A stretch of 64,000 bases of DNA from the NCBI GenBank assembly GCA_963828195.1, contig CAWHDT010000003.1, positions 384,001 through 448,000 of the forward strand, given 5' to 3'. The translations under genes were made by a program, and so were the position numbers. This stretch comes from Candidatus Bathyarchaeota archaeon (GTDB taxonomy: Archaea > Thermoproteota > Bathyarchaeia > Bathyarchaeales > Bathycorpusculaceae). Below the pieces are notes generated by a model that saw only the letters and a program-made list of their open reading frames with translations, made no database searches and was not told the DNA's origin. Below are positions 20,580 through 30,621 of the stretch, piece by piece. Each line of letters opens with the position of its first letter. Position 1 is the first letter of the stretch.

Positions 20580-21569
20580 TCACCACCATGCTTTGAAGCC
20601 CTCATATTTTTTTTCGCCGAGAAGATGCTTAACCAGCTTATAGCATTCCAACCGAATGAGCCGCTGATATGAAACGTGGCGGTCAAGGGTCTGATGCATC
20701 ACTGTAGTCTTGAGTTTTTCATCGTATTCTTGGACGAAGAGTTTTCTGCCATCTTCTTTTAGGTAGCAGTAGTTCAATTCTTGCAGAAAATGGCTGGGTT
20801 TTATGAGGCGGTTGTTGACTAGGTTAAAGATGGTTCGATCCACTATGATGGGTTTGAAGACTTCGCTTATATCAAGGCTCAACGAGAAGCGTCTTTCGCC
20901 GGGTTCATGCAGATAGCTGATTGTTGGGTTCAGTTGAGTGTTGTAGATTTCCGACAGCGTAGTTGAGTACATCAGTGAGTTGCCGAAGCTTATGAGGCAG
21001 TTCATCATGTTGTCAGGCGGCTGCTTGACGCGTTTGTCCAGTTCAAAGCCTTCCCGCAGGATTTCGCCGTAGCTATTGTAGTAGTGGCTTCTTATGCGTC
21101 CTTCCACGCTCATCAACTCAGAAATCTGGTTGACATGGTCGATTTCTAAGCGGCATTTCTCGATTTCTTCGATGTATGCGTCAACGGGTTTGTCTTGTTT
21201 GCGGTAGTACTGGAGGTTTTTGAGGATGTTGTAGCTGGCGGTGTTTATGAATTCCTTTGCAATCGCCAACCTTTGCGCTTTGTCCATGTAATGCGCTACC
21301 TGTTTAACTATTAGGAAGCCTGAGAGCAAATGCGCGCGTGGGTAGAAGGTGCCTGAGTAGTAGCCGTAGTAGTTGAAGAAGTGGATGGGTATGTGCTTCT
21401 GCGTAAGATAGTTGAGTAGTTTAGTGTTTAGGTCCAATTCGCCGTAAGCGTATATGGCGTAGATATCATTGATGGGAATGGCTTTTTTGCCGTTAACGTT
21501 CTCAAAGTAAACCGTGTTTTCTTCACGCCGCAGCCTGCCGCTGCTCATGATATAGTAGTTTTTAGCCAT
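20580..21569 (-). CDS. cas1: Cas1 (type I-B)
   Basis: FFNYYGYYSG, VEG, NCLISFGN, SYLHEP...LDISEVFKP. Confidence 0.97.
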   Translation of the reverse strand: MAKNYYIMSSGRLRREENTVYFENVNGKKAIPINDIYAIYAYGELDLNTKLLNYLTQKHIPIHFFNYYGYYSGTFYPRAHLLSGFLIVKQVAHYMDKAQRLAIAKEFINTASYNILKNLQYYRKQDKPVDAYIEEIEKCRLEIDHVNQISELMSVEGRIRSHYYNSYGEILREGFELDKRVKQPPDNMMNCLISFGNSLMYSTTLSEIYNTQLNPTISYLHEPGERRFSLSLDISEVFKPIIVDRTIFNLVNNRLIKPSHFLQELNYCYLKEDGRKLFVQEYDEKLKTTVMHQTLDRHVSYQRLIRLECYKLVKHLLGEKKYEGFKAWW

Positions 21570-21572
21570 ACT

Positions 21573-22115
21573 TTAGCACCAACATAACTCGAAGTAACTG
21601 CATTTTTTGCAAAACCCCTTTTTCTCCACCACCGGAGGCTGAGACAAAGCCACGATTTTACCCATCTCCAGCAAGATGCCTTCAAGTTCCTTGATGTTTT
21701 CCTCCGTCAACTCAACGGGTACCGTCTTTTTCAGAAGCGGATAATGCAACACGCCTTTTACCTCAACGCCAAGTTTCTTAAGATAATAAAGGTAGTAGAG
21801 TAACTGGAAGAGGTGTGCTTTCTCCAATCGGCGGGAACGCTTAACCTCATGAATTTCGCCTTTGCCAAGCTCTGCAAAGTCGATTTTGATTCTGCCGATG
21901 CTGACTTCCTTAAACTTGCGGTTATAACCCTCCTCATGAAGAAGCTTACCCAGCAAAACCAAATCCGAATCGGCCTCCAAAGTCAGGTTATGCGAGAAAA
22001 ACCACAACTTGCGAATGCAAACAAAAAAATAATTAATCTCCGTACCAGTAAACGATAGAGCATCTGACGAAGGTTGTTGGGTCAATTCTTTCTCCTCTAT
22101 ATTCTTCATTGTCAT
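21573..22115 (-). CDS. cas4: Cas4
   Basis: C.RKLW, KID...EVK, QL.YY, CKKCSYFELC. Confidence 0.95.
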   Translation of the reverse strand: MTMKNIEEKELTQQPSSDALSFTGTEINYFFVCIRKLWFFSHNLTLEADSDLVLLGKLLHEEGYNRKFKEVSIGRIKIDFAELGKGEIHEVKRSRRLEKAHLFQLLYYLYYLKKLGVEVKGVLHYPLLKKTVPVELTEENIKELEGILLEMGKIVALSQPPVVEKKGFCKKCSYFELCWC

Positions 22116-22134
22116 TTTGTAAACTGATTATATT

Positions 22135-24618
22135 TTAGATTATTCTGAGCTCAATATCATCTTCAGGAATCGTGAAGCCAACATCCTTCTTATACCAATA
22201 ATCGACTTGCTCCTTAGAGATATATCTAAAATCGTCACCAAGAAAGACAGGTAAACTGCTTAGAGAATCTTTGAATCGATTTGCATATCTAATAGTAATT
22301 GTATTTTCATTTATCATCTTTCTCTTTTCTATGAGCTTAGCTTTTCTATCAAAGCCCTTAGTATCTTGTAAAATCTGCTGCACTTCTTCTCTTACACGAA
22401 TTGCTTCGTCATCTCTTTCAACAAATATGGATATAGCGGTATAATCTTCTGCGATAAGCTCGAATTTACCCAAATCCCCCAAGTCCAAAAGACTCAAATG
22501 CTCGACAATTTCTTCAGAATCCTGAATTCTGCTTCTCTCGCCTATTTTTTTATAGTATTCGGAAATAGGTTTAGCCAAGTCTTTTTCTGAAAAGTTTCTT
22601 CCAATTTTTTTCAATACTTCGCATGTGGCATCTACTAGAACCTTGTCGTAAACAAAAGAATGAAAAGGTCTGCTGTTTTCATCCTTCGTTAACAGTATCA
22701 CGTTAAAGATACCTTTTTCTTTCTTATTGTTTCGATTGCATCTTCCTGCCGTTTGAATAATGCTGTCAAGGGGTGCTAAGTCGCGGTAAACTACATCGAC
22801 GCTTATGTCAACACCTGCTTCAATTAATTGTGTGGTTACAATGACTTTTCGGCAGGTATCGACCTTTATTCTGTCGATTCTTCGGAGTCTATCCGATGGT
22901 AAAATATGCGTGGATAGATTGATTAACTCTGTTTTCCCAACCCTATATATTCCATCAGCATCAACGTGGCCTGAGCACTCAGGGCAAAGTGCAAGAAGGC
23001 AATTTCTGAGAAACTCATACAAACGCTGACATGAACCAATTGTGTTTAAAACAATCATTATGTCCTTTGAGTCATTATGTATGATTTCCTGTAATACGGT
23101 TTCTTTAAACGTTTCAAAATCTCTGGGAATAAACTCGCCATTTTCGTTTAAGTCAAGATTAAAATCAACTCGGTCGAAAATTTTGAAATACTCATTTTTA
23201 TCATGTACAAGCTCTTTTGCTTCGTTTGGAAAAATTAATGGCTGAGTCGCAGTCATCAAAATAATCCAACAGTCGAATTTTGACGCCAACAATCTCAGGG
23301 TATTATTGATTAATAGCCAGTATTTGGAGGGGATAGCTTGGACTTCGTCAAGAATTATTATGGAATTTGTTATGTTATGAAATTTTCGTGCTGACCTATT
23401 TTTGTTAGTAATGAGACTATAGAAGAATTGTATGAAGGTAGTAATAACAATTTCAGAGTTCCAAGCTTCTGTAAGTAATAACGCTTTGTTTAAATCCGCG
23501 ATTGGATTTAATTCGGCTTGCAATTCAGCGTCTTTCAATTCAGTATAACTAACATCGGATAAGTGGTGATGCTTTAAAAATAAATTTGAAGGAACAATAT
23601 TATACTGCTGTTTCAGAACTTCGTTCAGAACATAACTGTTTTGGTCTATAATACTTAAAAAAGGCAAACAATAAATTATTCGCGGTACAAAACCAGCCTC
23701 TTTCTCAACTCTATGTCTTAACTTTAGAGCGAAGGAGAACCCAGCTAAGGTTTTACCAATTCCTGTGGGCAAATTAATTGACAGCAACCTATCTTTGTTA
23801 AGGTTAATTTCTGGCAGAGAACGCATTATGTCCACATATGCCCGTTCTCTTTGAGTACTTATTTCGTCAGTGTTAATTTTGAAAGATTTTTCTTTAAAGC
23901 TGTCCACAATATCTTCTTCAAGGGAAGTAATTCTCAAGGGTGACTCCAAGTTAGCTGCATCCATTTTATCTGAATCAAGCAGTACAGAATAGAGAAGCAA
24001 CATTGTAAGGTAATTGCCCATGTCTTTCATATTGCGCATCTTCCGTGTTGCAGCACGAATTTCTTTAGTGAGAGAATCCCAATTCTCAATTTCGTCAAAT
24101 AGCCTTACGACATCCAAGTTGTTGATTAATTCGGCAAAAATTTGTTGAATTTCTTTTAAGTTCTCGGTTTTGATATTACGGATTTGCTCGCTTATGAGCA
24201 TTTTTGATCCAGGGTCTTTTAATGTCGTTGCTTCAGCGCTTTCTTCTCCCCACAGATTTTGAATATTGCCATGATGCTTCTTAACTATAACCCAAGCTAT
24301 TACAGGCAAGCATTGAAATTCTTCAAGTCGCCCTATGGATGATAAGTGAGCTCGCACGACCTGATAGGAAAGAAGTGAGGACAGCAGTCCATGTTGGGCT
24401 TTTTGGGACTTACGGCCCTTAGTAAGAAGGTCTTGAAAATACGTGGTTGCTTTACCTAAGTCATGCGTAACACCGATTAAGCGTGCGACGTCAGCCAGTA
24501 TCTGTTTGTTTTGTATTTCTTTAGACTTTATCAATTTTTCAGAAAAGATACCAACATTTTTCAGATGAATGACTAGAGGCTTATCAGGGTGGGACTTAAG
24601 ATTATAAGAATACAACAT
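22135..24618 (-). CDS. cas3: Cas3 HD nuclease-helicase
   Basis: SHPDK..HL, HDLGK, HH, PTGIGKT, DEVQ, TAT, QTAGRCNR. Confidence 0.96.
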   Translation of the reverse strand: MLYSYNLKSHPDKPLVIHLKNVGIFSEKLIKSKEIQNKQILADVARLIGVTHDLGKATTYFQDLLTKGRKSQKAQHGLLSSLLSYQVVRAHLSSIGRLEEFQCLPVIAWVIVKKHHGNIQNLWGEESAEATTLKDPGSKMLISEQIRNIKTENLKEIQQIFAELINNLDVVRLFDEIENWDSLTKEIRAATRKMRNMKDMGNYLTMLLLYSVLLDSDKMDAANLESPLRITSLEEDIVDSFKEKSFKINTDEISTQRERAYVDIMRSLPEINLNKDRLLSINLPTGIGKTLAGFSFALKLRHRVEKEAGFVPRIIYCLPFLSIIDQNSYVLNEVLKQQYNIVPSNLFLKHHHLSDVSYTELKDAELQAELNPIADLNKALLLTEAWNSEIVITTFIQFFYSLITNKNRSARKFHNITNSIIILDEVQAIPSKYWLLINNTLRLLASKFDCWIILMTATQPLIFPNEAKELVHDKNEYFKIFDRVDFNLDLNENGEFIPRDFETFKETVLQEIIHNDSKDIMIVLNTIGSCQRLYEFLRNCLLALCPECSGHVDADGIYRVGKTELINLSTHILPSDRLRRIDRIKVDTCRKVIVTTQLIEAGVDISVDVVYRDLAPLDSIIQTAGRCNRNNKKEKGIFNVILLTKDENSRPFHSFVYDKVLVDATCEVLKKIGRNFSEKDLAKPISEYYKKIGERSRIQDSEEIVEHLSLLDLGDLGKFELIAEDYTAISIFVERDDEAIRVREEVQQILQDTKGFDRKAKLIEKRKMINENTITIRYANRFKDSLSSLPVFLGDDFRYISKEQVDYWYKKDVGFTIPEDDIELRII

Positions 24619-25309
24619 TGTCAGGTCCAATTCTGTAGGATGAGTTCTCGGACATTTTCACAGGCTTTCCATCGGTCTCGTATATTACATTCGCAAATTC
24701 TTTTACAATTCGTTCTTGATTCATATAGATAGGAATACGCTCAATGCCATATCGCTTGTTTTCTTCAATTAATAGGCGCCCTCTATCTTTCCGAACTACG
24801 CTTTGAACCATTTCTTCGCCCGTTTTAGCCACTTCATACTCGCCCACGTAAGCAAAGTTTGCTATTAAATTAGCCGTCCCAAGAGAAGGCGTATAATAAC
24901 TGTAATGTTTTCTTAAAAATCCCCCAAACTTTAATCCAATATGTTCTTTTATGGTTTGAAAGTAAATTCTGTATTTTGGGTTCTTTACAAATTCGAATGG
25001 AATAAGCGTACGAGGATTTTCGCCTATGTCTCTAAGGCAGAATCCTCTAGAAGTATCTATTAGCGATATGTTGATTCTAGTTTTTTTCAAAGGATTCATT
25101 ACACGGATAGCAAGTCGCGTATTTTGTGGCGAAAACAGATCGTAATATGAATCGCGGTTTAGCCCAATAATGGCTGAGATGAGCCCTGCCAGCGCTGTTC
25201 CCGTGGGTATAGCGTAAGTTAGAGGGGAAGTGGTTGTCTCTATCTTGCGGAAATGGGCATAATCGCCCCAAATGTCAAAAACAAGAGCCTTAGTTTTCAT
25301 CTCGTCCAT
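24602..25309 (-). CDS. cas5: Cas5 (I-B)
   Basis: FDIWGDYAHFRK...TYAIP.GTAL.GLI.AIIG; YTPSLG. Confidence 0.94.
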   Translation of the reverse strand: MDEMKTKALVFDIWGDYAHFRKIETTTSPLTYAIPTGTALAGLISAIIGLNRDSYYDLFSPQNTRLAIRVMNPLKKTRINISLIDTSRGFCLRDIGENPRTLIPFEFVKNPKYRIYFQTIKEHIGLKFGGFLRKHYSYYTPSLGTANLIANFAYVGEYEVAKTGEEMVQSVVRKDRGRLLIEENKRYGIERIPIYMNQERIVKEFANVIYETDGKPVKMSENSSYRIGPDNVVFL

Positions 25310-25328
25310 GACTTTTCTTTCCCAACGT

Positions 25329-26333
25329 CTATTCCAAGCTTAGTTTTGTGGCATTGAGTTCCTCTGTCATAATTTTGATAAAATCAGCACTATTCTTTTT
25401 CTGATTATCTTTGATGAAAGTTAGCTCTGAATTCACTTCAAATTCTATTCTTGCAATTTTGGCTTTATGTTTGCTGAGGCTGTCAACAAGTTCATTGATA
25501 TCCAAATCAAAATCGGCTACGTTACGAATTGCCTCACCGCTTTTTTCTGTAACTAACAAGATTTTTTTGTCTAGATCGCCAATGTGATAATTTTCCTCTT
25601 TGTAAATTATACGCAGCATTAGCCGAGGCATCTGGCCTATCTTAGAGCGCGATACAAGGTTCTTTGTGCCATTCCATAATCCGTCTAGAAGTAAAGATAC
25701 GTCCTCTTCCGTTAAGTGCGTGTACTGAGAAGCGTTTTCGTTAATAATACCATAAAAACAAATAAATGAGTATGGCAGAACATATTCATCTCTGAAGGTT
25801 TTTTGTTCTTTGTCTTTTCCCGAGGCGAATGCACCTGTTCCCTTTATGTGCATTACTTCGACTTTGTGAAGCGAACGCCCCATGCTGAATTGTACAGGCC
25901 CAGTTAAAGTAATTGCGCTTTTTTCTTTTTCGTTCTTCTCAATTGGTACAGTGCCGCCGAACAAACGAACGTCAATGCATTGGCTGAGAATATTTTGCGC
26001 GATAATATCTTTCATTTCGGCAAAGGCGAGATTTTTTTTCTCAACTTTTTCTCCATTTTTAATCAGGAAATCTTCAGCTCGAAGCTTTGCGTCTTGTATT
26101 TTCCCAGCCTCATATTCAATCTCACGTACAAAAATATCACCTGCTTGCTTTTTCCTGAAATTATAGAGATGGTCTCTAACGGTTCTTTTGAGCCTGACAT
26201 CAGTAACAATGTTTATGCCTGTTTCTTCATCAATTCTTGGTTTATTTTCGTCCATTGGGTCGCCATTTGGGTTTGCAAATTGGCTATCATAAAAAAAGAC
26301 TATTTCAGACCTGTTTTTTATCATATTACTCAT
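25329..26333 (-). CDS. cas7: Cas7 (Csh2, I-B)
   Basis: NPNGDP..NKPRID, TDVRLKRTVRD, DVRLFG, TGPVQF. Confidence 0.95.
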   Translation of the reverse strand: MSNMIKNRSEIVFFYDSQFANPNGDPMDENKPRIDEETGINIVTDVRLKRTVRDHLYNFRKKQAGDIFVREIEYEAGKIQDAKLRAEDFLIKNGEKVEKKNLAFAEMKDIIAQNILSQCIDVRLFGGTVPIEKNEKEKSAITLTGPVQFSMGRSLHKVEVMHIKGTGAFASGKDKEQKTFRDEYVLPYSFICFYGIINENASQYTHLTEEDVSLLLDGLWNGTKNLVSRSKIGQMPRLMLRIIYKEENYHIGDLDKKILLVTEKSGEAIRNVADFDLDINELVDSLSKHKAKIARIEFEVNSELTFIKDNQKKNSADFIKIMTEELNATKLSLE

Positions 26334-28131
26334 CCAACTTTTCTTCTGTTACTTTGAAGATTGGAGCTAAAGTCATTCCTAAAGCAAAGAAGTAGCTAGT
26401 TTCTTCACTTGTTAAGTGCCAACCATTGTTTTCTGCTTCTACTAGTGCTTTAGCGGTCGTCTTTTCCAACGTAGTGTATGCCACTTTGTATTCTCTCAAT
26501 TTCTGAATGGCCTCGGGAAAAAGGCTCTTTACTCTATGTTCATCAAGTCGTAATCCAAATAATTTTTCTCTAAACGGCATTGATCCGCGATTTGCAAACT
26601 GAACATCTAGCAAATATTTCGCTAAGACACCTTCTAGAAATGCAGCTTGTTTGCCGGGTGTATTAAAAGCATTCCCGTAGTCCTCAAAAAACTTTGAAAA
26701 TCTATCATCTTCAATTTTTCCAGTCACCGTTTGAGTCCCCCATTCATCCAGTATCTTCAATTTATCAAGTAATAAAATTATCATTAAGGATTTTAAGGAT
26801 AAAACTTTTGTGTAGTAATCATTTCCCTTTGTAAACGAACTACGTAATGTTCTACTGAAAGCGTTAATTAGTAAGCTGGCACGTATTTGTCTTTGCGCGA
26901 GTAAGTCACTTATTATATCTATAAAATATTTGTCGTATATGCCATCAATTTTTGAGTTGGGAAAAAAATCTCTTATCAATTTGCCGATGGAAGTATCTTG
27001 GTCGGGGTTTTTATCAAAGTGACCTACCCATTTGTTACCGAATATAATTTTTAATGCCTCTTCTCGAAAGATAGGCAGGCTATTTTCCGAGTAAATGATT
27101 TCCTTTCTGGCAACGAAAATCTTTTGAATCCACGATGGGGGAACGTCTTCAACATACCGCATTATGTCAAAGTAATCGCTTTGTTTTGGTTTAGTGAAGA
27201 CAAATGTCAAGCCAACTTGCTCTTTTTTATCTGCAATAATTTCTGAAATATTATCTTCTTTACATATTAGACGGTCGTATTGCTTTTTGGGACTTTTAAT
27301 TTCATCTAAAATTTCATCATTAGGCTCAAAAATGAAATCAGGTATTAAGTAAAATTTCAGACCGTACAAGCTTTTGTATAGATATTTATTGAGAAAATCT
27401 TTACCTGCTGATAGCACTATTGCACAATCAGCGCATATTGGCAAACGCTTCCATGCATCTTCTCTTAGGAAGTTTGGAGCAAACCCTCTCTTGTCAAGGG
27501 TGTATATAGAAAATGGCGATGCAAACCCCATAACTTCTTTGGGTTTTCCGCAAATGAAGCAAGTGCCTTCGCCCTTTGCCTCAACATCATGTTTTGAATA
27601 AAAACCTTTAAGCCCTTCATTTTTCAGAATGTTCCTAAAAACCTCAAAATCGCCAATATAGCGTATATTGTTTTCTTCAATTGTTATAGTAACGATTGTA
27701 TTTCGTCTTATGTCTGGCGAAATAGCCTTGTACTCTTTTTCAAAATCACCAAATATTCTCTCTATGTTAACTAAAAACTCTGTCTTAAGAGAAGATAGAA
27801 TTTGATCTTTAAGATATTCGCTTGGGACAGACTTGAACCAAAGCTCAAAACGCTGTCTCATCTTTTCAGGGATAGCTATTCTTGAAGTCGGCGTAACATC
27901 ATACCGTTGATGGCGATAAACTCGGTATAGATATTTTGTCGAGTCCTTCTGATTGAAAGCTCGAAGGAAAATATTTTTGTATAAAAGCCTTCCTTGCTGG
28001 CATTCAAAGTTAATACACAAAACATTTTTTACATCTTCAAGCTTTGAAGATTCAATGAACATGCTTTCAGCGCATAAGCTCTCACTTCGGCAAGCATAAT
28101 CTCCTAGGGCTTTTACAGCGGGTAACATCAT
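26326..28131 (-). CDS. cas8b: Cas8b (Csh1/TM1802-like) large subunit
   Basis: Between cas6 and cas7; CFICG...DKRGF...ICADC; C-terminal FLEGVL..Q and YFFALGM helical domain. Confidence 0.88.
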   Translation of the reverse strand: MMLPAVKALGDYACRSESLCAESMFIESSKLEDVKNVLCINFECQQGRLLYKNIFLRAFNQKDSTKYLYRVYRHQRYDVTPTSRIAIPEKMRQRFELWFKSVPSEYLKDQILSSLKTEFLVNIERIFGDFEKEYKAISPDIRRNTIVTITIEENNIRYIGDFEVFRNILKNEGLKGFYSKHDVEAKGEGTCFICGKPKEVMGFASPFSIYTLDKRGFAPNFLREDAWKRLPICADCAIVLSAGKDFLNKYLYKSLYGLKFYLIPDFIFEPNDEILDEIKSPKKQYDRLICKEDNISEIIADKKEQVGLTFVFTKPKQSDYFDIMRYVEDVPPSWIQKIFVARKEIIYSENSLPIFREEALKIIFGNKWVGHFDKNPDQDTSIGKLIRDFFPNSKIDGIYDKYFIDIISDLLAQRQIRASLLINAFSRTLRSSFTKGNDYYTKVLSLKSLMIILLLDKLKILDEWGTQTVTGKIEDDRFSKFFEDYGNAFNTPGKQAAFLEGVLAKYLLDVQFANRGSMPFREKLFGLRLDEHRVKSLFPEAIQKLREYKVAYTTLEKTTAKALVEAENNGWHLTSEETSYFFALGMTLAPIFKVTEEKLDE

Positions 28132-28891
28132 TGCTTCGCTTCTTTATCAGATTTGTGAATCCGTATCCTATGCTGTTGAGTTCTCCTAGTCCGGTGTCTA
28201 GGGCGAATTGTAGTAGCTTTTGTTTGTCCTTGCTTAAATAATTAAAGGTGAATCGCCAGGTGCTGCCGAAGATTTTGGATTCGCGCCCATCAATTACGAG
28301 GTGGTTGCAGACTTGTTTTTGGAACTCAAACTGTTCGAAGATTGGGAACGCCTCCAATTTTGTGTCGTAAAACTGGTTGTATTTTTTGAACAGGTTGTCT
28401 TCTACTTGTTTGACGAAGGCTTCGAAGGGGTATTGTTTGCGCCAGTAGACGTACTCGTAATCTTGAGGCGGCACGATGTCGTAGTGGGCGTAGTTGGCTT
28501 TGGGTATTCTGGCGACGATGGGTGTGCCCGCCGCCAAGACGCATGAGCCGCCGATTTTGGGCTCCAAAACCGAGATGCCTTCCACGGAAAAAGACATCTC
28601 GCCGATGTTCACCCGTTCCTTGCCGCGGTTAAGCTTCTCCAGTCCGCCTGCAACCACGCCGATCAAGCCCGCGTCGGGGGAAGAGACCAGAAACCGCCGT
28701 GCGTCGCCCTGCTGCATGTCTGTGCTGGGGAAGATGTTGCTGAAGCAGAAGTATTTGTAGCCGCGTTTGTCATGGAGGTCGCTGTAGGCTGAGCCGCGCA
28801 GCTGCTCGTAGATGAAGCCCTGCAGTTTGTGGTGGTACATGAGGTCGTAGATGCAGTTTGCCTCGGCTTTAAGCTCAACGAGCACGCGCAT
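28082..28891 (-). CDS. cas6: Cas6 endoribonuclease
   Basis: Y.HKLQGFIY, LHD..GYKYFCFS, C-terminal GLGELNSIGYG Gly-rich loop. Confidence 0.94.
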   Translation of the reverse strand: MRVLVELKAEANCIYDLMYHHKLQGFIYEQLRGSAYSDLHDKRGYKYFCFSNIFPSTDMQQGDARRFLVSSPDAGLIGVVAGGLEKLNRGKERVNIGEMSFSVEGISVLEPKIGGSCVLAAGTPIVARIPKANYAHYDIVPPQDYEYVYWRKQYPFEAFVKQVEDNLFKKYNQFYDTKLEAFPIFEQFEFQKQVCNHLVIDGRESKIFGSTWRFTFNYLSKDKQKLLQFALDTGLGELNSIGYGFTNLIKKRSNDVTRCKSPRRLCLPK

Positions 28892-29009
28892 AAGGCAATC
28901 TTTCGAAGCTTTACCAATTTAACAATTGCGTAACATGCAGAACCAACCCGCCGAAAAACCCCGCCCCACCCGCCCATATCCGACAATAACTTCAACATGG
29001 ATCAACATG

Positions 29010-29139
29010 GAAAGTCGCAACCCGCCCATCCGAAAGTCGCAACACGCAAACGCCTTCAAGACCTAAACCAAAAAACCAAACCAAAACACAACCAGCCAAG
29101 GCGGAAAGTCGCAACTTACGCCACACCGAAAGTCGCAAC
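29010..29139. repeat. Four exact copies of GAAAGTCGCAAC
   Basis: Copies at 29010, 29032, 29104 and 29128, between cas6 and the divergent CBS gene. Confidence 0.9.
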
Positions 29140-29227
29140 AAAAAAATAAAACCCGAAAATTTCAATCGTCAAACAAAAAATTGATAAATGAGGGGTGCTT
29201 TTCTTTAGACGTTAAGGTGAAATTTGA

Positions 29228-29650
29228 ATGGCAAGCAATGTTCTCGTAAGAGACATAATGTCAAAAGATGTTAAAACTGTGCGCAATGATACAACAGTCA
29301 AAGAAGTAATTGCATTAATGAACAAATTCGACAAAGATGCAATTCTTGTTGAACAAAGCGGAAAACCCACTGGAATCATAACGGTCAAAGATGTCTTGGT
29401 AAGAGCAGTTGAGCATGGCGTACCCCTAAGTACAATCATCGCGCGAATGGTCTACACAAACCCGCTGGTGACGATAACTGAGGAAGCAACCGTTGAAGAA
29501 GCAGCTAACTTGATGAAAGAATGGCGAATCAAACACTTACCAATCGTTGACAAAAACGGCGCCCTCGTAGGCATGGTAAATGACAGGGACATAATCTACG
29601 CGGTTCCTTCATTGATGTCAACGATGGAAGAGTTCTGTCGAACAAAATAA
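29228..29650 (+). CDS. CBS-pair protein
   Basis: VRDIMSKDV...GIIT..D; EAANLM...IKHLPIV. Confidence 0.9.
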   Translation: MASNVLVRDIMSKDVKTVRNDTTVKEVIALMNKFDKDAILVEQSGKPTGIITVKDVLVRAVEHGVPLSTIIARMVYTNPLVTITEEATVEEAANLMKEWRIKHLPIVDKNGALVGMVNDRDIIYAVPSLMSTMEEFCRTK

Positions 29651-29780
29651 GTGGCTAAATAACTCTTTTTTCTTCTTTAACTTTTTAAAAATTTTTCAAG
29701 CAAGATTTGTTGCTGTGCCTCTACACTCACATATGTTTAAGAAAGCTGGCGACCGCTTAACTATTATTTAGGTGCAAGTC

Positions 29781-29966
29781 ATGAGCAAAAAAAAGCCCCA
29801 TCAACCTCACACTTTAGGAGTCCCGTCATCTCAGGAGACACCAGTGAAAGGCGTAGAGCCAGGCCAAGTGCCCTGTCCAGTCTGCGGTAAAACATTCAAG
29901 ACCCACTCGGAAATGGAGAGACACACCGATTCGATGCACCATGAAACAAAAGGCCACGAAGAATAA
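29781..29966 (+). CDS. Small C2H2 zinc-finger protein
   Basis: CPVCGKTFKTHSEMERHTDSMH. Confidence 0.75.
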   Translation: MSKKKPHQPHTLGVPSSQETPVKGVEPGQVPCPVCGKTFKTHSEMERHTDSMHHETKGHEE

Positions 29967-30013
29967 CTTTACCTTACCTTTTTCTTCTTTTGGAACCTTA
30001 GCGTTTTAGCTGT

Positions 30014-30388
30014 TCATCCGTGTTCTATGAATGTCTCTTTTGCAGCTTCTTTTTTCATGTACTCTTTGAGTTTTTGCGGAGATATACAGGTCTTCAGGTT
30101 CGGACAATATTTGTTGGTGTGAAAAGTCAGAAGCTCCGATAGTGGCTCGACAATTTCTTTGTTCAAAAAGTAAATCTTTCCTTTTCCCGAACCCTCAGAA
30201 TGCAACAGCGCACTTTGTTCCAAGCGGGTGACGTTGTAGGCAACTGTGTTTTCGTCCTGCTCAAGTTCCTTGGAAATTGCCGCGATGTCTTTTGGGCCTT
30301 CCCTTAAAACATCAATTATTGCCAGACGCGTTCTATTTGAAAGCGATGCGAAAAAAAGGTAATATGCCTCGTTTGAAAAATTTTCCAT
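30014..30388 (-). CDS. ArsR-family winged-HTH regulator
   Basis: FASLSNRTRLAIIDVL...wHTH; C-terminal HTNKYC...C. Confidence 0.8.
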   Translation of the reverse strand: MENFSNEAYYLFFASLSNRTRLAIIDVLREGPKDIAAISKELEQDENTVAYNVTRLEQSALLHSEGSGKGKIYFLNKEIVEPLSELLTFHTNKYCPNLKTCISPQKLKEYMKKEAAKETFIEHG

Positions 30389-30621
30389 TTTAAATCACTT
30401 CGGATAGGTTATTGTTTAAAAACTAAGCTTTCCGCAGTACTTTAATTTTGCTTAAAGCTATCAGTTAGCACTAATTTTGTTGCGATTCGAAACAATAAGA
30501 GCAGCGAAAATTTGAGCAAAATAAAAAATATTGATACGCATTGATTTTTTTAAAGATCCATTGTTTTTTAATGCATTTGGAAAATCAAAAAAAGGAAGGT
30601 GGTGTTTTTGGTTGTGTTGGT

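Noticed and set aside
28663-28998. ORF overlapping the cas6 5' end
   Set aside because: Alternate-frame shadow of GC-rich cas6.
29010-29139. Second mini-CRISPR array
   Set aside because: Repeats of 12 bp with 10-, 60- and 12-nt gaps do not fit array geometry and differ from the CRISPR repeat.
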